From NCBI GenBank assembly GCA_002269645.1, contig NIVC01000571.1, forward strand, positions 1 through 64,000: a stretch of 64,000 nt of DNA. Direction: 5' to 3'. Source of the stretch: Macrostomum lignano. Taxonomy: Eukaryota. The notes under the pieces were generated by a model. The model ran no database searches, was not told the origin of the DNA, and saw only the letters and a list, made by a program, of their open reading frames with translations. Shown piece by piece: positions 33,201 through 46,045 of the stretch. Numbering within the stretch: the first letter of the stretch is position 1; every line of letters starts with the position of its first letter. The position numbers and the translations under genes were made by a program.

Positions 33201-36200
33201 GGCCATGGTTCAGTCTTGCGACGCCAATGTAATGACTCAGGAGTCAGGCAGTGTTTGTGGCGTGCGAGAAAAAGCCTTAACCCTCCAAGTAGGGTGAGAC
33301 GATATTTATATTTGGAAGCGATCTGATTGCAACGTGCACAATTGAGCCGCGTGCCTTACGTACATAAGTTGAGTAGCGACATGTACGTGCTAATACAATG
33401 TTCAAGCTAGTACTGGCCAGAGTGGCATTACAATGACATCGCCCAACAACCAGCGCTGAAGCAATTCTTCCCATTCCTGTGCGCATGCAAGCGCGCGGAT
33501 GCTGCACGTTGGGCTCTTATTCATACGCGCGCTCACACAGGGTGTAGATTATGCACAAAAGTTCGTGGACAGAATCTCCCTTAGTTGGCGTACTGGTTCG
33601 GCACTCATTAAACCATAATTATTAAATCCAGTTTGATTCGCATTGATTGACTCTGACGCAGCCTCATTAGCGCAGCCTCCGTAACCGCCCGCAGGCTCCA
33701 CCAAGGACATGGGCGCCTCGCTCACCCGAATCTGCCTGAAGCAGCGGACAATCGAGAGCCGCATGCGGGCCTTCAGCGGGTGAGTAGCCGGCCCAGTTCG
33801 AGGCTCCGAACTGCTCGCCGCTGTGCGGCTTTGGGCGCGGCCTGACAGCTCGGGAGAGGGAAAATCGATTTTATCCCCTTCTCCCTTACCGCTTTATTGC
33901 AACCCCCCTCTCGCCCTCTGCGCATCCGCCCAGGCTTTGATTATTACGTAATCTAGTCTCCAGCCTCTTTCCTACTCACTTCATCATCTCTCAATTGCTA
34001 GAATTTTCTCCCTTGCCCCACTTTCCCCATCGGCTGGCACCCACTCAAGGCCGCCCGCTGCCCCCAGCCTCCGCAGGCGCTAATCTCCCCCATCCCGCAT
34101 CAGCTGACTGTCCGGCATTTGAGTGGCCTGCTCTGTCTCAGACGGGTTCCCTGTTTTATGGCACCGCATTTTATTAGCCGTCTTTTAGTAGCAGCAAGCC
34201 AGGCGCATTGTCTCGGCCTAGTCAAGTGTTTTATTGCTGCCTTGGCTTTTTATGGCGGGGCCCCAGGCCCCGGGGCTGGACTCGACTGGGCCCGCGGCTG
34301 CCGAGCTTCTCCGCCGAATAATTATGGTGCTTAATGATAGCCCTGTGTGCCTACGGGGCCGCGCCGCTGGTGGCCCAGAGTGATGCGCCCTGCCAGGCTG
34401 TGCAGATTCAAATAAGAAGTTCGCGTTTTTTTCTCTTCAGACCTGCGCATGATAGATTTTCTAGGAGAAAGCAGAGAGCATTTCTTCTTTTCTGCTTTTG
34501 GTGCACCGGATACTGTCTGCTCTCTGCTCTTGCACCTGACTAGGCGGCCTCTCTTCTGTTGCCTGTGCTGCTTCTCTCTGCTAGTCTAAGACTGTCTCTA
34601 ATGAGACTCTGCGGAGGGGGCCGCTTCTGCGCTCTTTTCCTGCTGCTTACGGATGAGAGAATTTGCTCTCCGCCTGCGGTGTTTCTGCCGGATTGCTTCT
34701 TCGCTGCGGTCCTTCGCAGCTATCCATCTGAGCAAATACTCTGCTAGTTAAAGAAATGGCTTTTAGTGCTCAGAAAGTTTCTTCAATGCAAAAGAAAGCG
34801 AAAAATTGCTTTAAACATGCATGCGGACCTGTCTGCTGTCTCCAGTATGTCTGAGTTCTGTGTGCTTCAGCCGCTGCCGCTTGCCGAGCTCATTCAGTGC
34901 CTCTGTACGCGAGCAAACAGCCCCCTGCCAAAATTAAATCTGGCTTAAATAAACGCAGGAATTACGCAACACTGACTTGAGCCGGGGCTTTCGGCCCGAT
35001 CGCTCTGTGAGCGCTTCATTAGCGGGATAGGCAGCTGAGGGAGCCTGCTGTCCGAGTAATTAGCCTCTAGCCTCGTATGCTGTCCGAGTAATTAGCCTTT
35101 AGCCTTGTCTGCTGTCCGAGTAATTAGCCTCTAGCCTCGTATGCTGTCCGAGTAATTAGCCTCTAGCCTCGTATTCTGTCCGAGTAATTAGCCTCTAGCC
35201 TCGTATGCTGTCCGAGTAATTAGCCTTTAGCCTTGCCTGCTGTCCGAGTAATTAGCCTCTAGCCTCGTATGCTGTCCGAGTAATTAGCCTCTAGCCTCGT
35301 ATGCTGTCCGAGTAACTAGCCTTTAGCCTTGCCTGCTGTCCGAGTAATTAGCCTCTAGCCTCGTATGCTGTCCGAGTAACTAGCCTTTAGCCTTGCCTGC
35401 TGTCCGAGTAATTAGCCTCTAGCCTCGTATGCTGTCCGAGTAACTAGCCTTTAGCCTTGCCTGCTGTCCGAGTAATTAGCCTCTAGCCTCGTATGCTGTC
35501 CGAGTAACTAGCCTTTAGCCTCGCCTGCTGTCTGAGTAATTAGCCTCTAGCCTCGCCTGCTGTCCGAGTAATTAGCCTCTAGCCTCGCCTGCTCTCCGAG
35601 TAACTAGCCTTTAGCCTCGCCTGCTGTCTGAGTAATTAGCCTCTAGCCTCGCCTGCTCTCCGAGTAATTAGCCTCTAGCCTCGCCTGCTGTCCGAGTAAT
35701 TAGCCTCTAGCCTCGCCTGCTCTCCGAGTAATTAGCCTCTAGCCTCGCCTGCTGTCCGAGTAATTAGCCTCTAGCCTAAAAAATAATCAGAAATGGAACT
35801 GAGCAACAAAATTGAGTCTGCTAAGCTTTCCGGTTGAACAAGTGCATTCCCGGCTCGGAGGCGCTGATAAAGGCGCTTTTGAGCGCGCGCTCGCATTGCA
35901 CTCATTGTGAAGGGGGGTGTCAACTGCTTGTGTCTGTGCGTGGGAGTGGGCGGCTGCCATTGCTAAATAAGAAATCTCTCTCTGACTCTCTTATGGAGCC
36001 CTCTGCTATTTATTGTTTTACCTGCAATAATGACAGAAGAATTTCAGTGCTGAAATGTAAAAGTGCAACCATTCTGTTGTTTAAATGCGTTGATCTTCAA
36101 TAACAACTGCGGTGACGAAATGACTTTGCCTAACCTGCGCTGTGTCATGCAGAGCGGAAATCTGTGAGAATTAGAATCAGCTCATTGTATTTGCAGAGCC

Positions 36201-39200
36201 CAGGCTTGTAAGGAGATTGACCAGAGCCCTGCATCTCCCCTACCAGCCTCTTCTCACTGAGCTGTGAGTAGGGAAATTTATGCAGCATCACTCTGGGAGA
36301 AAATTGGCAACTGCGGCCGACTGTCCAGAGTGCCCGGACCCAAGTAACTGGCCAAGCTTTTTGAGCCTGTGTGCCAGAGTGCCCGGACCCAAGCAACTGG
36401 CCAAGCTTTTTGAGCCTGTGTGCCAGAGTGCCCGGACCCAAGCAACTGGCCAAGCTTTTTGAGCCTGTGTGCCAGAGTGCCCGGACCCAAGCAACTGGCC
36501 AAGCTTTTTGAGCCTGTGTGCCAGAGTGCCCGGACCCAAGCAACTAGCCAAGCTTTTTGAGCCTGTGTGCCAGAGTGCCCGGACCCAAGCAACTGGCCAA
36601 GCTTTTTGAGCCTGTGTGCCAGAGTGCCCGGACCCAAGCAACTAGCCAAGCTTTTTGAGCCTGTGTGCCAGAGTGCCCGGACCCAAGCAACTAGCCAAGC
36701 TTTTTGAGCCTGTGTGCCAGAGTGCCCGGACCCAAGCAACTAGCCAAGCTTTTTGAGCCTGTGTGCCAGAGTGCCCGGACCCAAGCAACTAGCCAAGCTT
36801 TTTGAGCCTGTGTGCCAGAGTGCCCGGACCCAAGCAACTGGCCAAGCTTTTTGAGCCTGTGTGCCAGAGTGCCCGGACCCAAGCAACTAGCCAAGCTTTT
36901 TGAGCCTGTGTGCCAGAGTGCCCGGACCCAAGCAACTGGCCAAGCTTTTTGAGCCTGTGTGCCAGAGTGCCCGGACCCAAGCAACTAGCCAAGCTTTTTG
37001 AGCCTGTGTGCCAGAGTGCCCGGACCCAAGCAACTGGCCAAGCTTTTTGAGCCTGTGTGCCAGAGTGCCCGGACCCAAGCAACTGGCCAAGCTTTTTGAG
37101 CCTGTGTGCCAGAGTGCCCGGACACAGCAACTAGCCAAGCTTTTTGAGCGATTAGCGATCAGAGAGGGACTCTTGCCCCTCCCCTCCCCCGGCAAAAGTT
37201 GTTTCACAGTGTCTGTTCTCTGTCTGTGAGGCATTAGAAATTTCTTTGTTCGCACGCCCTTGGTCTGTTTCAGTACCTGGTCACAGTTCGCTTGCAGCAA
37301 TATGGTCTCTCTATATTCCATATTGCACTCTTATGCTTTGTAATCGCCTGGCCTCAGCAGTACCCCGTTTGTCCCGGAATCTTGGTCGCTTCCGCTCCCC
37401 CAACTGGCTTGCGCCTGGACCGGCGATCTCAGAATCAGCAGCTCCCAGGCCACCCAGCAGTTGCCTGCGTGACCCGGAGCTGCGAACTGCCGACACCCCC
37501 GCAGCCTCCCTCGCCATGGCCAGCTGGACTGCCTGTCTGAGGAATCCGACCGGCGCCTCAGCACCGCCTTCCGTTTTATAAGCCCCTCCTTTCCCGCCTG
37601 GCCTCCCTGCTGCCCTCCCTACCCCCTAATCCTCCTGCCCAGAGCTGCCGCTGACTCACTTCCCCTTGAGGATATTTTTAGAAGCCTTCTCTCATGGAGA
37701 CCTGGGAGTAGCAACCCCTCCCCAAAGCCTCTCTATTTTTATACAACTGTTGGCTGGCGGCAGTTCCTTCAGTTTACACACAGGAGACACGGGAGTGTTC
37801 GCGTTATCTATTGCTGAAGGGATCAAAAATCTCCGCTTAGGAGTGATTTTCTGTCAATTTGGTCTCTTCGTAAACCGGCTGTAAGCCGCAAAAACTTCAT
37901 TTCAAAGTTCAAATTCAAGTTCAAAGTTGCTTGAAAATTTAAGGGCTTTGGGGGAAGACTTGATACTCCAGGGTCTGGGTCTCCTTGGCTCTCCCCGCGG
38001 CTTCAGTCCTGTTGTAATTTGTTTTTTTTCATTCCTTAGAAAATTGAGGGAGGAAGAAGCGAGAGGAGAGGCGTGCACTGGGGATCTGAGTGGGGCTGGG
38101 GAGTTTTCCTTCCCCTCCGAGATCTCTGAGGCTCGCGCGGCACCAGCCGGACTATTACTGAGTCTGGCGTAGCCTGAGCCCAGGCTGCCCTGATTCTCGG
38201 CTGTGCGGTGCCCAGGCCAGCGAGCTCTTGGCAGCCGGCCAGGTGGTGCAGCCGGCGCGTCTCTCCCTCCCTTCCCAGATTGCTCAGCCATTTTCCAGCC
38301 GGCCTCGCCAGTTGCTAAACCGAACTGCGCCAGACCAGAAATTGGGCAGCAAATTTGCCGAAGTTTTTTTCAATTTCGCTGCAATTGTATGGGAAAATTA
38401 TCCCAGTAATTGATATGCGTATCAGTTTGGGGATGAATTGGCTTCGGGGTGTCTGGCAGCGTCTGCGCCCCGCTTGCCAGCTGCTGCACTTTTTCACTGC
38501 TGGTGGGCAGCGGGTCTGGCTGGGCGGCCTGCCGAATTCATTCAGTCTATCGGCCGGGCTACTGACGTCTCTGTCCGCCCGGTCCCCGGCCGGGAGTAAG
38601 TGGGGCCTGGCCTGCCAGTTCTTGGCATAGGGACTAAGGGGAGGGGATAATGCTGAATGGGAGCGGGGGAAGAGAGTTCAAGGGGATTACTAGTGCGGCA
38701 GCTGGGTCTGCATGCGCCGGGTGTGAGGGCAGGGGGCTGATGAGGGAGAGAGGCTGGGTGCGGCATCGATTTCTGGCCCCCGCAGCCGCCTGTGCTAGCT
38801 GGATGAAGATGGTGCCTCCAGCCTCCCTCTTTCTCTTTTTGACTTCGCTTCGCCCTCGGCTCGGTTTCCGTGGCCCCCCAGCTACGGCTCCGAGCTCCTC
38901 CTCATCCGTGTCTCTTCTTCCTGAGCTCGGGCTGCCGTCCTATTAGTGACACCCAGCCATTAAAACATATCAGCTTGCCCCGGCCAACTTCTAATTGACC
39001 TGCCAGCCCCGGTCAAACCTGCCCGCGTCTCCGCTCTGGGATTTGTCTCAATCCCCTTTCCCACTGTGAGCTGCTTGGGGCGGCCAGGGGCCATAAATCA
39101 CGGCCTTGCCAGAGTCGATGAAGAGTAGGAGGCTGGGAATGGGAAATGTTGCCTATAGTTAGGGCGCATCAATCAGGCAAGCAATTTCTGTTATAAGTAG

Positions 39201-42200
39201 GCAGTGCAGGCCTCTGGGCTTTTGTGGCATCAATCTTCTGTACTTGGTGCATGCTTGAAGCGGTTTGTTAAAAGTACTCGCTGATGAGCAGAATGGCAGT
39301 TAATGCTGATGCTCGCCTAGTGTTTGTCGCAGCCAGCGAGTAGGCAGTCAGTTCTGCATATGCTCGTATGTACACACTCTTGGATTCCCTGACCCACCCG
39401 CTGCCCCCGCCTTCCAGGCACCTGCAGGACAGCCTGGCCACCCCCATGGCTGACAAGCTGGACGACTGGCGCCGCAGCACCGGCCAGCTGGAGAAGGACC
39501 GCCTCAAGGAGCTCAAGCGGCACCGCGCCGAGGCCAAGAAGGCCAGCAGCGAGTCCGTGCGGCTCAGCAAGAAGCGCCAGTCGGCCAGCGGCGGCCGGCG
39601 CGGCTCGGAGCTGGAGGAGCAGCTGGAGCGGGCCATGGGCGAGTCGCACCGCATGCAGGCCCGCATCCTGGACGTGGAGCAGCGCTGGCTGCGGCGGGCC
39701 CGCCACGAGGGCCGCTCCCGGCTCTGCTTCTTCCTGGCCTGCCTGAAGCCCGCGCTGGACATTCTGTGCAACCTCACTGACGAGTTTGGCCACCTGCGCG
39801 ACCTGGCCGAGCGGCTCGGACAGGAGGCCACGCCGGAGCCGCCGCCCAGCCCGCCGCCGCAGGCCGCGCGCGGCGCCAGCCGGAGCTCTAGCTCGGCGCC
39901 GAGTCCCGCGCCAAGCCTCAATTCGCTTGGTGAGCCGCGCCATCGGTTTTATATTTGTTACTCTCTATGGAACTTTATTTGAAGGCCTGTTGACAGCCCT
40001 GGGCTGCGGTAGATAAGCAGCGCGAATATCTGCGCACTGTCCCATGCAGCTCAAGTTCCTTCTTGTGCTTTACAGTGTTATTATTTTTTTACTTTGTGTG
40101 CGCAGAACTGCAGCAGTGCGCGCCTCTGCATAGCCGCTTTATTGCCCTTGCCCTGTTTTTATCAGGCGGCAGGCAGCCAGTCTGCGGGCACAGAGATAGC
40201 GGCGCCAGCCTGGCTTTAGAAGTTCCCCTCCAGGCTAGTGAATTAAGCCCATTGTCGGTTTTTTTCTCAAAAGTTTTTTCTTCTCTGCTGCACTCTGTGC
40301 CGCTATGGCGAAGGCAGCCCTCTTAGAACTGGGGACTCTTAGAACCGATTTCTTAGAACTGACTCTTAGAACCGATTTCTTAGAACTGGGGACTCTTAAA
40401 ACCGATTTCTTAGAACTGGGGACTCTTAAAACCGATTTCTTAGAACTGGGGACTCTTAAAACCGATTTCTTAGAACTGGGGACTCTTAGAACCGATTTCT
40501 TAGAACTAGGGACTCTTAAAACCGATTTCTTAGAACTGGGGACTCTTAAAACCGATTTCTTAGAACTGCGGACTCTTAGAACCGATTTCTTAGAACTGGG
40601 GACTCTTAGAACCGATTTCTTAGAACTGGGGACTCTTAAAACCGATTTCTTAGAACTGGGGACTCTTAGAACCGATATCTTAGAACTGGGGACTCTTAAA
40701 ACCGATTTCTTAGAACTGGGGACTCTTAAAACCGATTTCTTAGAACTAGGGACTCTTAAAACCGATTTCTTAGAACTGGGGACTCTTAAAACCGATTTCT
40801 TAGAACTGGGGACACTTAAAACCGATTTCTTAGAACTGCGGACTCGCGCCAGCTCTCGAACACACTGAACTGCGGCGCAGGGACAGCAGGAAGTGGTCGC
40901 ATATCTGGGCCAATTATTTTTTTACATTCTCTGGCTTCCCTCTGGGCTGGCCCTTCAAGCTAATGCTACAGCTGAAGCCTGTATGAAGAAATCGCTTTTT
41001 AAATTTGTTGCGAATTGTATCTTCCTCTCTTCTTTTGCTGCTTTTGGTCCGCCTGTTGCTTAGTTCTGCAGCTGCATCCTGTCTGTGTGTATGATGTTTT
41101 CGGCTTTTCTTTCCTCTGTTTACGCTTGAAATACTTTAGCATACCTGTGTCTCAGCGACCCTGCCGCTGTTCCTTGAGCATGGCCTGTGTGTCTCAGAGT
41201 CGCCCTTGAGCATGGCCTGTGTGTCTCAGAGTCCCTGCCGCTGTTCCTTGAGCATGGCCTGTGTGTCTCAGAGTCCCTGCCGCTGTTCCTTGAGCATGGC
41301 CTGTGTGTCTCAGAGTCCCTGCCGCTGTTCCTTGAGCATGGCCTGTGTGTCTCCGAGTCCCTGCCACTGTCCCTTGAGCATGACCTGCGTGTCTCAGAGT
41401 CCCTGCCACTGTCCCTTGAGCATGGCCTGTGTGTCTCAGCGTCCCTGCCGCTGTTCCTTGAGCATGGCCTGTGTGTCTCAGAGTCCCTGCCGCTGTTCCT
41501 TGAGCATGGCCTGTGTGTCTCCGAGTCCCTGCCACTGTCCCTTGAGCATGACCTGCGTGTCTCAGAGTCCCTGCCACTGTCCCTTGAGCATGGCCTGTGT
41601 GTCTCAGCGTCCCTGCCGCTGTTCCTTGAGCATGGCCTGTGTGTCTCAGAGTCCCTGCCGCTGTTCCTTGAGCATGGCCTGTGCGTCTCAGAGTCCCTGC
41701 CACTGTCCCTTGAGCATGGCCTGTGTGTCTCAGAGTCCCTGCCGCTGTTCCTTGAGCATGGCCTGTGCGTCTCAGAGTCCCTGCCACTGTCTCTTGAGCA
41801 TGACCTGCGTGTCTCAGAGTCCCTGCCACTGTCCCTTGAGCATGACCTGCGTGTCTCAGAGTCCCTGCCACTGTCACTTGAGCATGACCTGCGTGTCTCA
41901 GAGTCCCTGCCACTGCCCCCTGAGCATGGCCTGTGTCTCAGAGTCCCTGCCACTGTCCCTTGAGCATGGCCTGTGTCTCAGAGTCCCTGCCACTGTCACT
42001 TGAGCATGACCTGCGTGTCTCAGAGTCCCTGCCACTGCCCCTGAGCATGGCCTGTGTGTCTCCGAGTCCCTGCCGCTGTTCCTTGAGCATGACCTGCGTG
42101 TCTCAGAGTCCCTGTTTCCACTTGATCTGGCTCCCGAAGTCCCCCATCGATTGCCTTTACTCGTAATTCGCACAGCCTGAGCTGATTCGTGGACGGTCAG

Positions 42201-43546
42201 CAGCAAGTTATGGATGAATTTGATGAATGGGAGGCCGGACTGACAGGCTGCTGCCCCCCCCCCCCGGACAGCATTGCGCAACCCTTGCAGCGGCCAGTTC
42301 AGTTTTTACAATCGCGTGCAGCTCCCAGCCGCAGCTCTCCTGCACTTTGCGGCACTGGCGGCCCGCCGGCCCAAACTGTCAAACTGGCGGCAGCTCTCCC
42401 AGCCCGGGCCGGCTGATTCAATTTCGCGCAGCTCAGGCGGCCCCTGAGGCCCAATTTATATTCGCCCTGCTCTGCTCAACTGGCTGCACAGCCTCAGTGT
42501 GCTGCTGTCGCACTCAGCTGTTTATTGCCGCTTTGCATTGCTGGCCATTGTGCCGCCAGCTGGCCGCTGATGAGGCCCGGCCCCTCACTGCCCCCCCCCG
42601 TGTAGTTTGCGATGGTGGCCGCAATTTTGCTCACCAATTTTTCTCTGCTCTCTAAAACTCAATCAATCAGCCGCCTTACCCTCACCCCCTTCCCGCTAAC
42701 AGGCAGCGCTGACTCGTACTGCGCCCGCGCCCCGCCCCGGGCGCCCCTGGCGGCGTCCTGCTGCCCGGCATGCCGGCGCACACCCTGCGGCCTGGCAGCC
42801 ACGGTGCCTCCAGCGACAGCGGCTTCATCAGCCAGGAGCTGCCGGCCCCGCCGCCGCAGCAGCAACAGCAGTCACAGCAGCCGCAGGCGGTAGCGCCGCC
42901 GGCTCCACAACCACCGCCGCCGCCGCCACCCCTGCCGCCAGCTCAGGTGCCGCAGCAGCTGCAGGGCCGAAGGGAATCGCCGGTAGTCGGCGGCACTGCT
43001 GCCGGAGCCCCTGGTGGCGGCGAAACGGAGGAGAGCAGCGGCGGGGACTCCGAGGACGAGGAGGACCAGAGCCTGTACCCGGACCAGGGCCTGCCGGCGC
43101 CCGTGTACTCCAACCTCAGCGAGCTGCAGCGCACCGCCAAACGCAAATTCTCCATTACTGGCGGTGCCGCAGGCGGCCTCCTCCAGCGCAGCGCCGGCAG
43201 CGCCCCGGCCTTCCAGCAGCAGCTGCAGGAGCGCCGGGTCAGCGCCGACTACGCGGCCACCTCCGCCGCTGCTGCCGCAGTTGGCGCGGCCGCAACAACG
43301 GGCAGCGGAGGCGGCCACACGGCCACCGTGTCGGCAGCCTCGGTCCGCAGCGGCGGCGGTGGCGTTGGTCGGCCGCCGATTCCACCGGAGCTGATGATGC
43401 AGCAGCAGCTGGCCACGCACCGACAGAGCTCCTACCCCGGCCTGATGCAGCAGCAGCAGTCGGCCTACCAGCAGCCCCGCCAGCCGCAGCCGCAGCAGCA
43501 CAGCTTCAATCCGGACGACTTGCCGCCACCTCCGCCGGGATTCTGA
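30223..43546 (+). CDS. MTSS1: MTSS1/MIM-like I-BAR (IMD) protein, join(30223-30380, 31024-31097, 33695-33779, 39418-39929, 42703-43546), with one apparent -1 frameshift near 42725-42750
   Basis: Phase-consistent exons give ELECSSAGSLFANLVCDMKTGIPLYEELINKAQKL..AFLDSFQKIADLA..GSTKDMGASLTRICLKQRTIESRMRAFS..LKPALD. This is colinear with the MTSS1 IMD (EKECSALGGLFQTIISDMK..AFLDAFQKVADMA..GTREIGSALTRMCMRHRSIE). The last exon has SSDSGFISQ (cf. SHDSGFISQ). Confidence 0.88.
30604..30887 (-). mobile_element. Second copy (284 bp, opposite orientation) of the 28S-fragment hAT-type MITE, in MTSS1 intron 1
   Basis: Same 14-bp TIR, TSD CCCCTGAG / CCCTTGAG (7/8), 28S-like segment on the minus strand at 30700-30761, GTCGCA subterminal motifs. 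Confidence 0.88.
32166..33206 (-). CDS. gag: Mag-like Gag ORF (346 aa); its last ~57 codons read through the 3' LTR remnant into host intron
   Basis: KRWQEWSSNLLRYLAATGIT..KRQILLYTAG, FLRYQFRQCVQDEGESIDAW, RDQIVASC, knuckles CIRCGESGHRSC and CTNCGKFNHLAKAC. Confidence 0.85.
   Translation of the reverse strand: MAFLQLPAPGNFSIRDDPHSTSKRWQEWSSNLLRYLAATGITNETQKRQILLYTAGKEVSDLYSEIITTETDTTEGEPTVEPTVDQLIALFTKHFQGRDNIVFLRYQFRQCVQDEGESIDAWHSRLWSASEACQFESLRYSLVRDQIVASCRSESLRKRLLNIPNINLADTLQLARTHEAAEKQAAIMSRTAAASEEVAQVRRQRYPPPELSRQPQPSAKCIRCGESGHRSCNRAQGKRCTNCGKFNHLAKACLSRSKINALQPEQDQLADQPVNEVFCTLSGKDNSAKFQIASKYKYRLTLLGGLRLFLARHKHCLTPESLQSCRRRRCASAYSPSCVLTTANSA
32239..33432 (-). mobile_element. Internally deleted Gypsy (Mag-like) LTR element, 1194 bp: full 205-bp 5' LTR, PBS, gag, then only the last 98 bp of the 3' LTR
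   Basis: LTR TGTAATG..CATTACA at 33432-33228, identical 98-bp stretch at 32336-32239, 5-bp TSD ATGAC (32234-32238 / 33433-33437), PBS-like TGGCGTCGCAAGA at 33226-33214. Confidence 0.92.
35047..35777. repeat. Intronic minisatellite, 32-bp unit (CTGTCCGAGTAATTAGCCTCTAGCCTCGTATG)
   Basis: Direct reading. Confidence 0.97.
36318..37146. repeat. Intronic minisatellite, 49-bp unit (GTGTGCCAGAGTGCCCGGACCCAAGCAACTGGCCAAGCTTTTTGAGCCT)
   Basis: Direct reading. Confidence 0.97.
40320..40845. repeat. Intronic minisatellite, 30-bp unit (TAGAACTGGGGACTCTTAAAACCGATTTCT)
   Basis: Direct reading. Confidence 0.97.
41143..42115. repeat. Intronic minisatellite, 42-bp unit (GAGTCCCTGCCGCTGTTCCTTGAGCATGGCCTGTGTGTCTCA)
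   Basis: Direct reading; variant units recur in higher-order blocks. Confidence 0.97.
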
Positions 43547-44751
43547 TAGACTGATGAGGCTGATGCTGTTGCTGTCCGCTTGTTGCTAGGGGGGGGTTTG
43601 TAGTTGATTGACAATTATTTGAGGTGTTTGAGCGGCGTTCCCCTAACCCGAATCGTGTTGTTGCTGTTTCTTCTAGAAGTTAAATTTTTGCTTGCCTATG
43701 GGGGGTGAATCGGCGGTCAAGCCGCACTCTACTGTACTCTGCACTGCTCTTAGTCAGCGTGTCTTCAAGCTTAGTTCATTAATTATTATTGTTTCTCTAT
43801 TATTATCGACTGCCTCTACGGTACCAATATGAATAGTTTTTGTTTTATTTATTCCTATTCAAATTTAGTTGCAAATTTTGCTCAGTATTTTATCATCCAC
43901 GCGTGGCCCAATTTCAGTTCAGCTCAGTGTGTCGATTAATTCCACCGTTTTTTACCGCCGCTGCCTGAGTACTTAAAAACTGGCAAACTCTGTTCCATGA
44001 ACCGCCTGCTGCTCCCAGCTGCCCATTCTTCATCGAGCTTCTCCAGCTGTAGCCTCATGGCCGAGTCTTGATTCGCCAACAGAGCACCGCTTTTTTAGGC
44101 CGTTTGCCTTGCAGCCTTGAAGCTCGCTTGTCATTTGCTCTGCTTTGTTGCTATACGCGCTACAGACTACTTACAGGCGATCTGCTCAGTAGGCAAGTTG
44201 GTACTTTAATCGCATAATTAGCTTTTTTCCATTTTGCCCCGTTTTTTCTAAAAATACAAATTTTCTTGTCAAACTTTTTAGTACCCCATCTGTTGTGCTT
44301 TTTTATAAAGTTCTCTTCTTGAGTTGAGCAGCCCGCACTGAGCACCCCATTCTCAACTGATGCACCAGCCCTGTCTCAGCTGCGGTACACAAAATCGATT
44401 TTACACTCTAGACTACTCTGCCCGCTTCTGTACATTATTGCCACTATAGCTCCCGCTTCACGGACCGGCCCTGCCTCTCCCGTGTCCAGCTCTACATTTT
44501 ATGCTTATCAACTCAAACTTTACTTGCTTTTTTGCTGCCTTTTCCTGTACATCTGCATGTCCCGAGTAGCTGACCTTCGGTGTTGTGCTGTACATACAAG
44601 AAACCCTTCAGTAAACCCCGGCTTGCTGTGCACTTTTTTGCTGTTTAATTTTTTTCCTTCTAGCTTCTTTGGAGCCTGGGCGGAGAAATAATTATTCAAA
44701 TTGGACAGAATGACAATGGATTGGCTCTGTGTACACTTGACTTTGAACTCC

Positions 44752-45062
44752 CGCCAATGTACACTCGGCTCTGCAACCCCCAACCCCCACAACCGCCAGT
44801 GTACACTCGGCTCTGCAACCCCTAACCCCCTACACCCGCCAATGTACACTCGGCTCTGCAACCTCCAACCCCCACAACCGCCAGTGTACACTCGGCTCTG
44901 CAACCTCCAACCCCCACACCCGCCAATGTACACTCGGCTCTGCAACCCCCAACCCCCACACCCGCCAATGTACACTCGGCTCTGCAACCCCCAACCCCCA
45001 CACCCGCCAATGTACACTCGGCTCTGCAACCCCCAACCCCCACACCCACCAATGTACACCCA
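44752..45062. repeat. Minisatellite, 42-bp unit (CCGCCAATGTACACTCGGCTCTGCAACCCCCAACCCCCACAC)
   Basis: Direct reading. Confidence 0.95.
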
Positions 45063-46045
45063 GCTCTACAGCCCCATCAATGCTCATTCAGCTCTGCAGC
45101 ACCCAATGTGCAATGTACAATGTCCTGCCCAAGGTAAACTCGGCTCTGCCCTTATAATAGCTTCACCCCTTATAATAGCTTACACAGCCTGCTGTTCCCA
45201 CCCCCACCGATGTACAATTGACTGTACAACTCTCCCTCATGCAAATGCGCATAATGCGAGCAATGTCCGCACCGGGAACGAAGCGCATTCAGCCTCATCC
45301 ATTAATTAACTGCGTTCGCAGCTTCCCGCTTGTCCTTCCCAGGTGAGGCCTCCCCTTGATTGCTTTCGACTCAAAGCCCGCTCAGGCTCTTCTGTTTTCA
45401 GTCACCAGCAACTCTGGCTGGGCCCCTGCCCAGATTGTACTTGTTTGAGCGATTTAGTTATGACTGCACAGAAGTACTTTTAGTTGAATAATTTTTACCT
45501 GTTTGCACACCATGATGAAACTCTGTACAAATGCGTTTTGCCTGCTGCAGTCTGTAACTACGAGTTGCAGTGTATGCCGTTAGCTCCATTGCCCACCGCT
45601 TACAAGGTTTGCCTGCTATGACAGACCGTCACTGCGGTGTGCGGATTTATATAACTGTTCTTCAGTTTGCTTTCCTCCGTTCCTTTTTTGCAGCTCCTTC
45701 CCCTGACCGCCCCTGGCTGACTAGCTCTAATACAGCAGGCGAACCCTTCAGCACAGCGATTCCCCATGCTGTTTCAAAGCAAACCGCTTCTAGCCGCTGC
45801 GGCTCTGTTCTGTTTGTTATCATATTTTTTGCCTGAGATGCAAGGACAACTTAAATAACTCAGCGACTGGAAACATGGTTGAAACATAGCTAGGAATTAC
45901 CGGCATTATCGATGTCTATGGCCATACATTATTGTTGTACATGTACATGTTTAAGCAATAACGGCTTTGACAATACCATAGGCACAAGGATATAAACACA
46001 GTCTTAGGCACAAGGTCTCAGACACAAAGCCCATTGTACAAAGCC

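Noticed and set aside
35047-37146. Regular 30-49 bp repeats as possible CRISPR arrays
   Set aside because: Units are head-to-tail with no unique spacers, no cas genes are present, and the context is eukaryotic.
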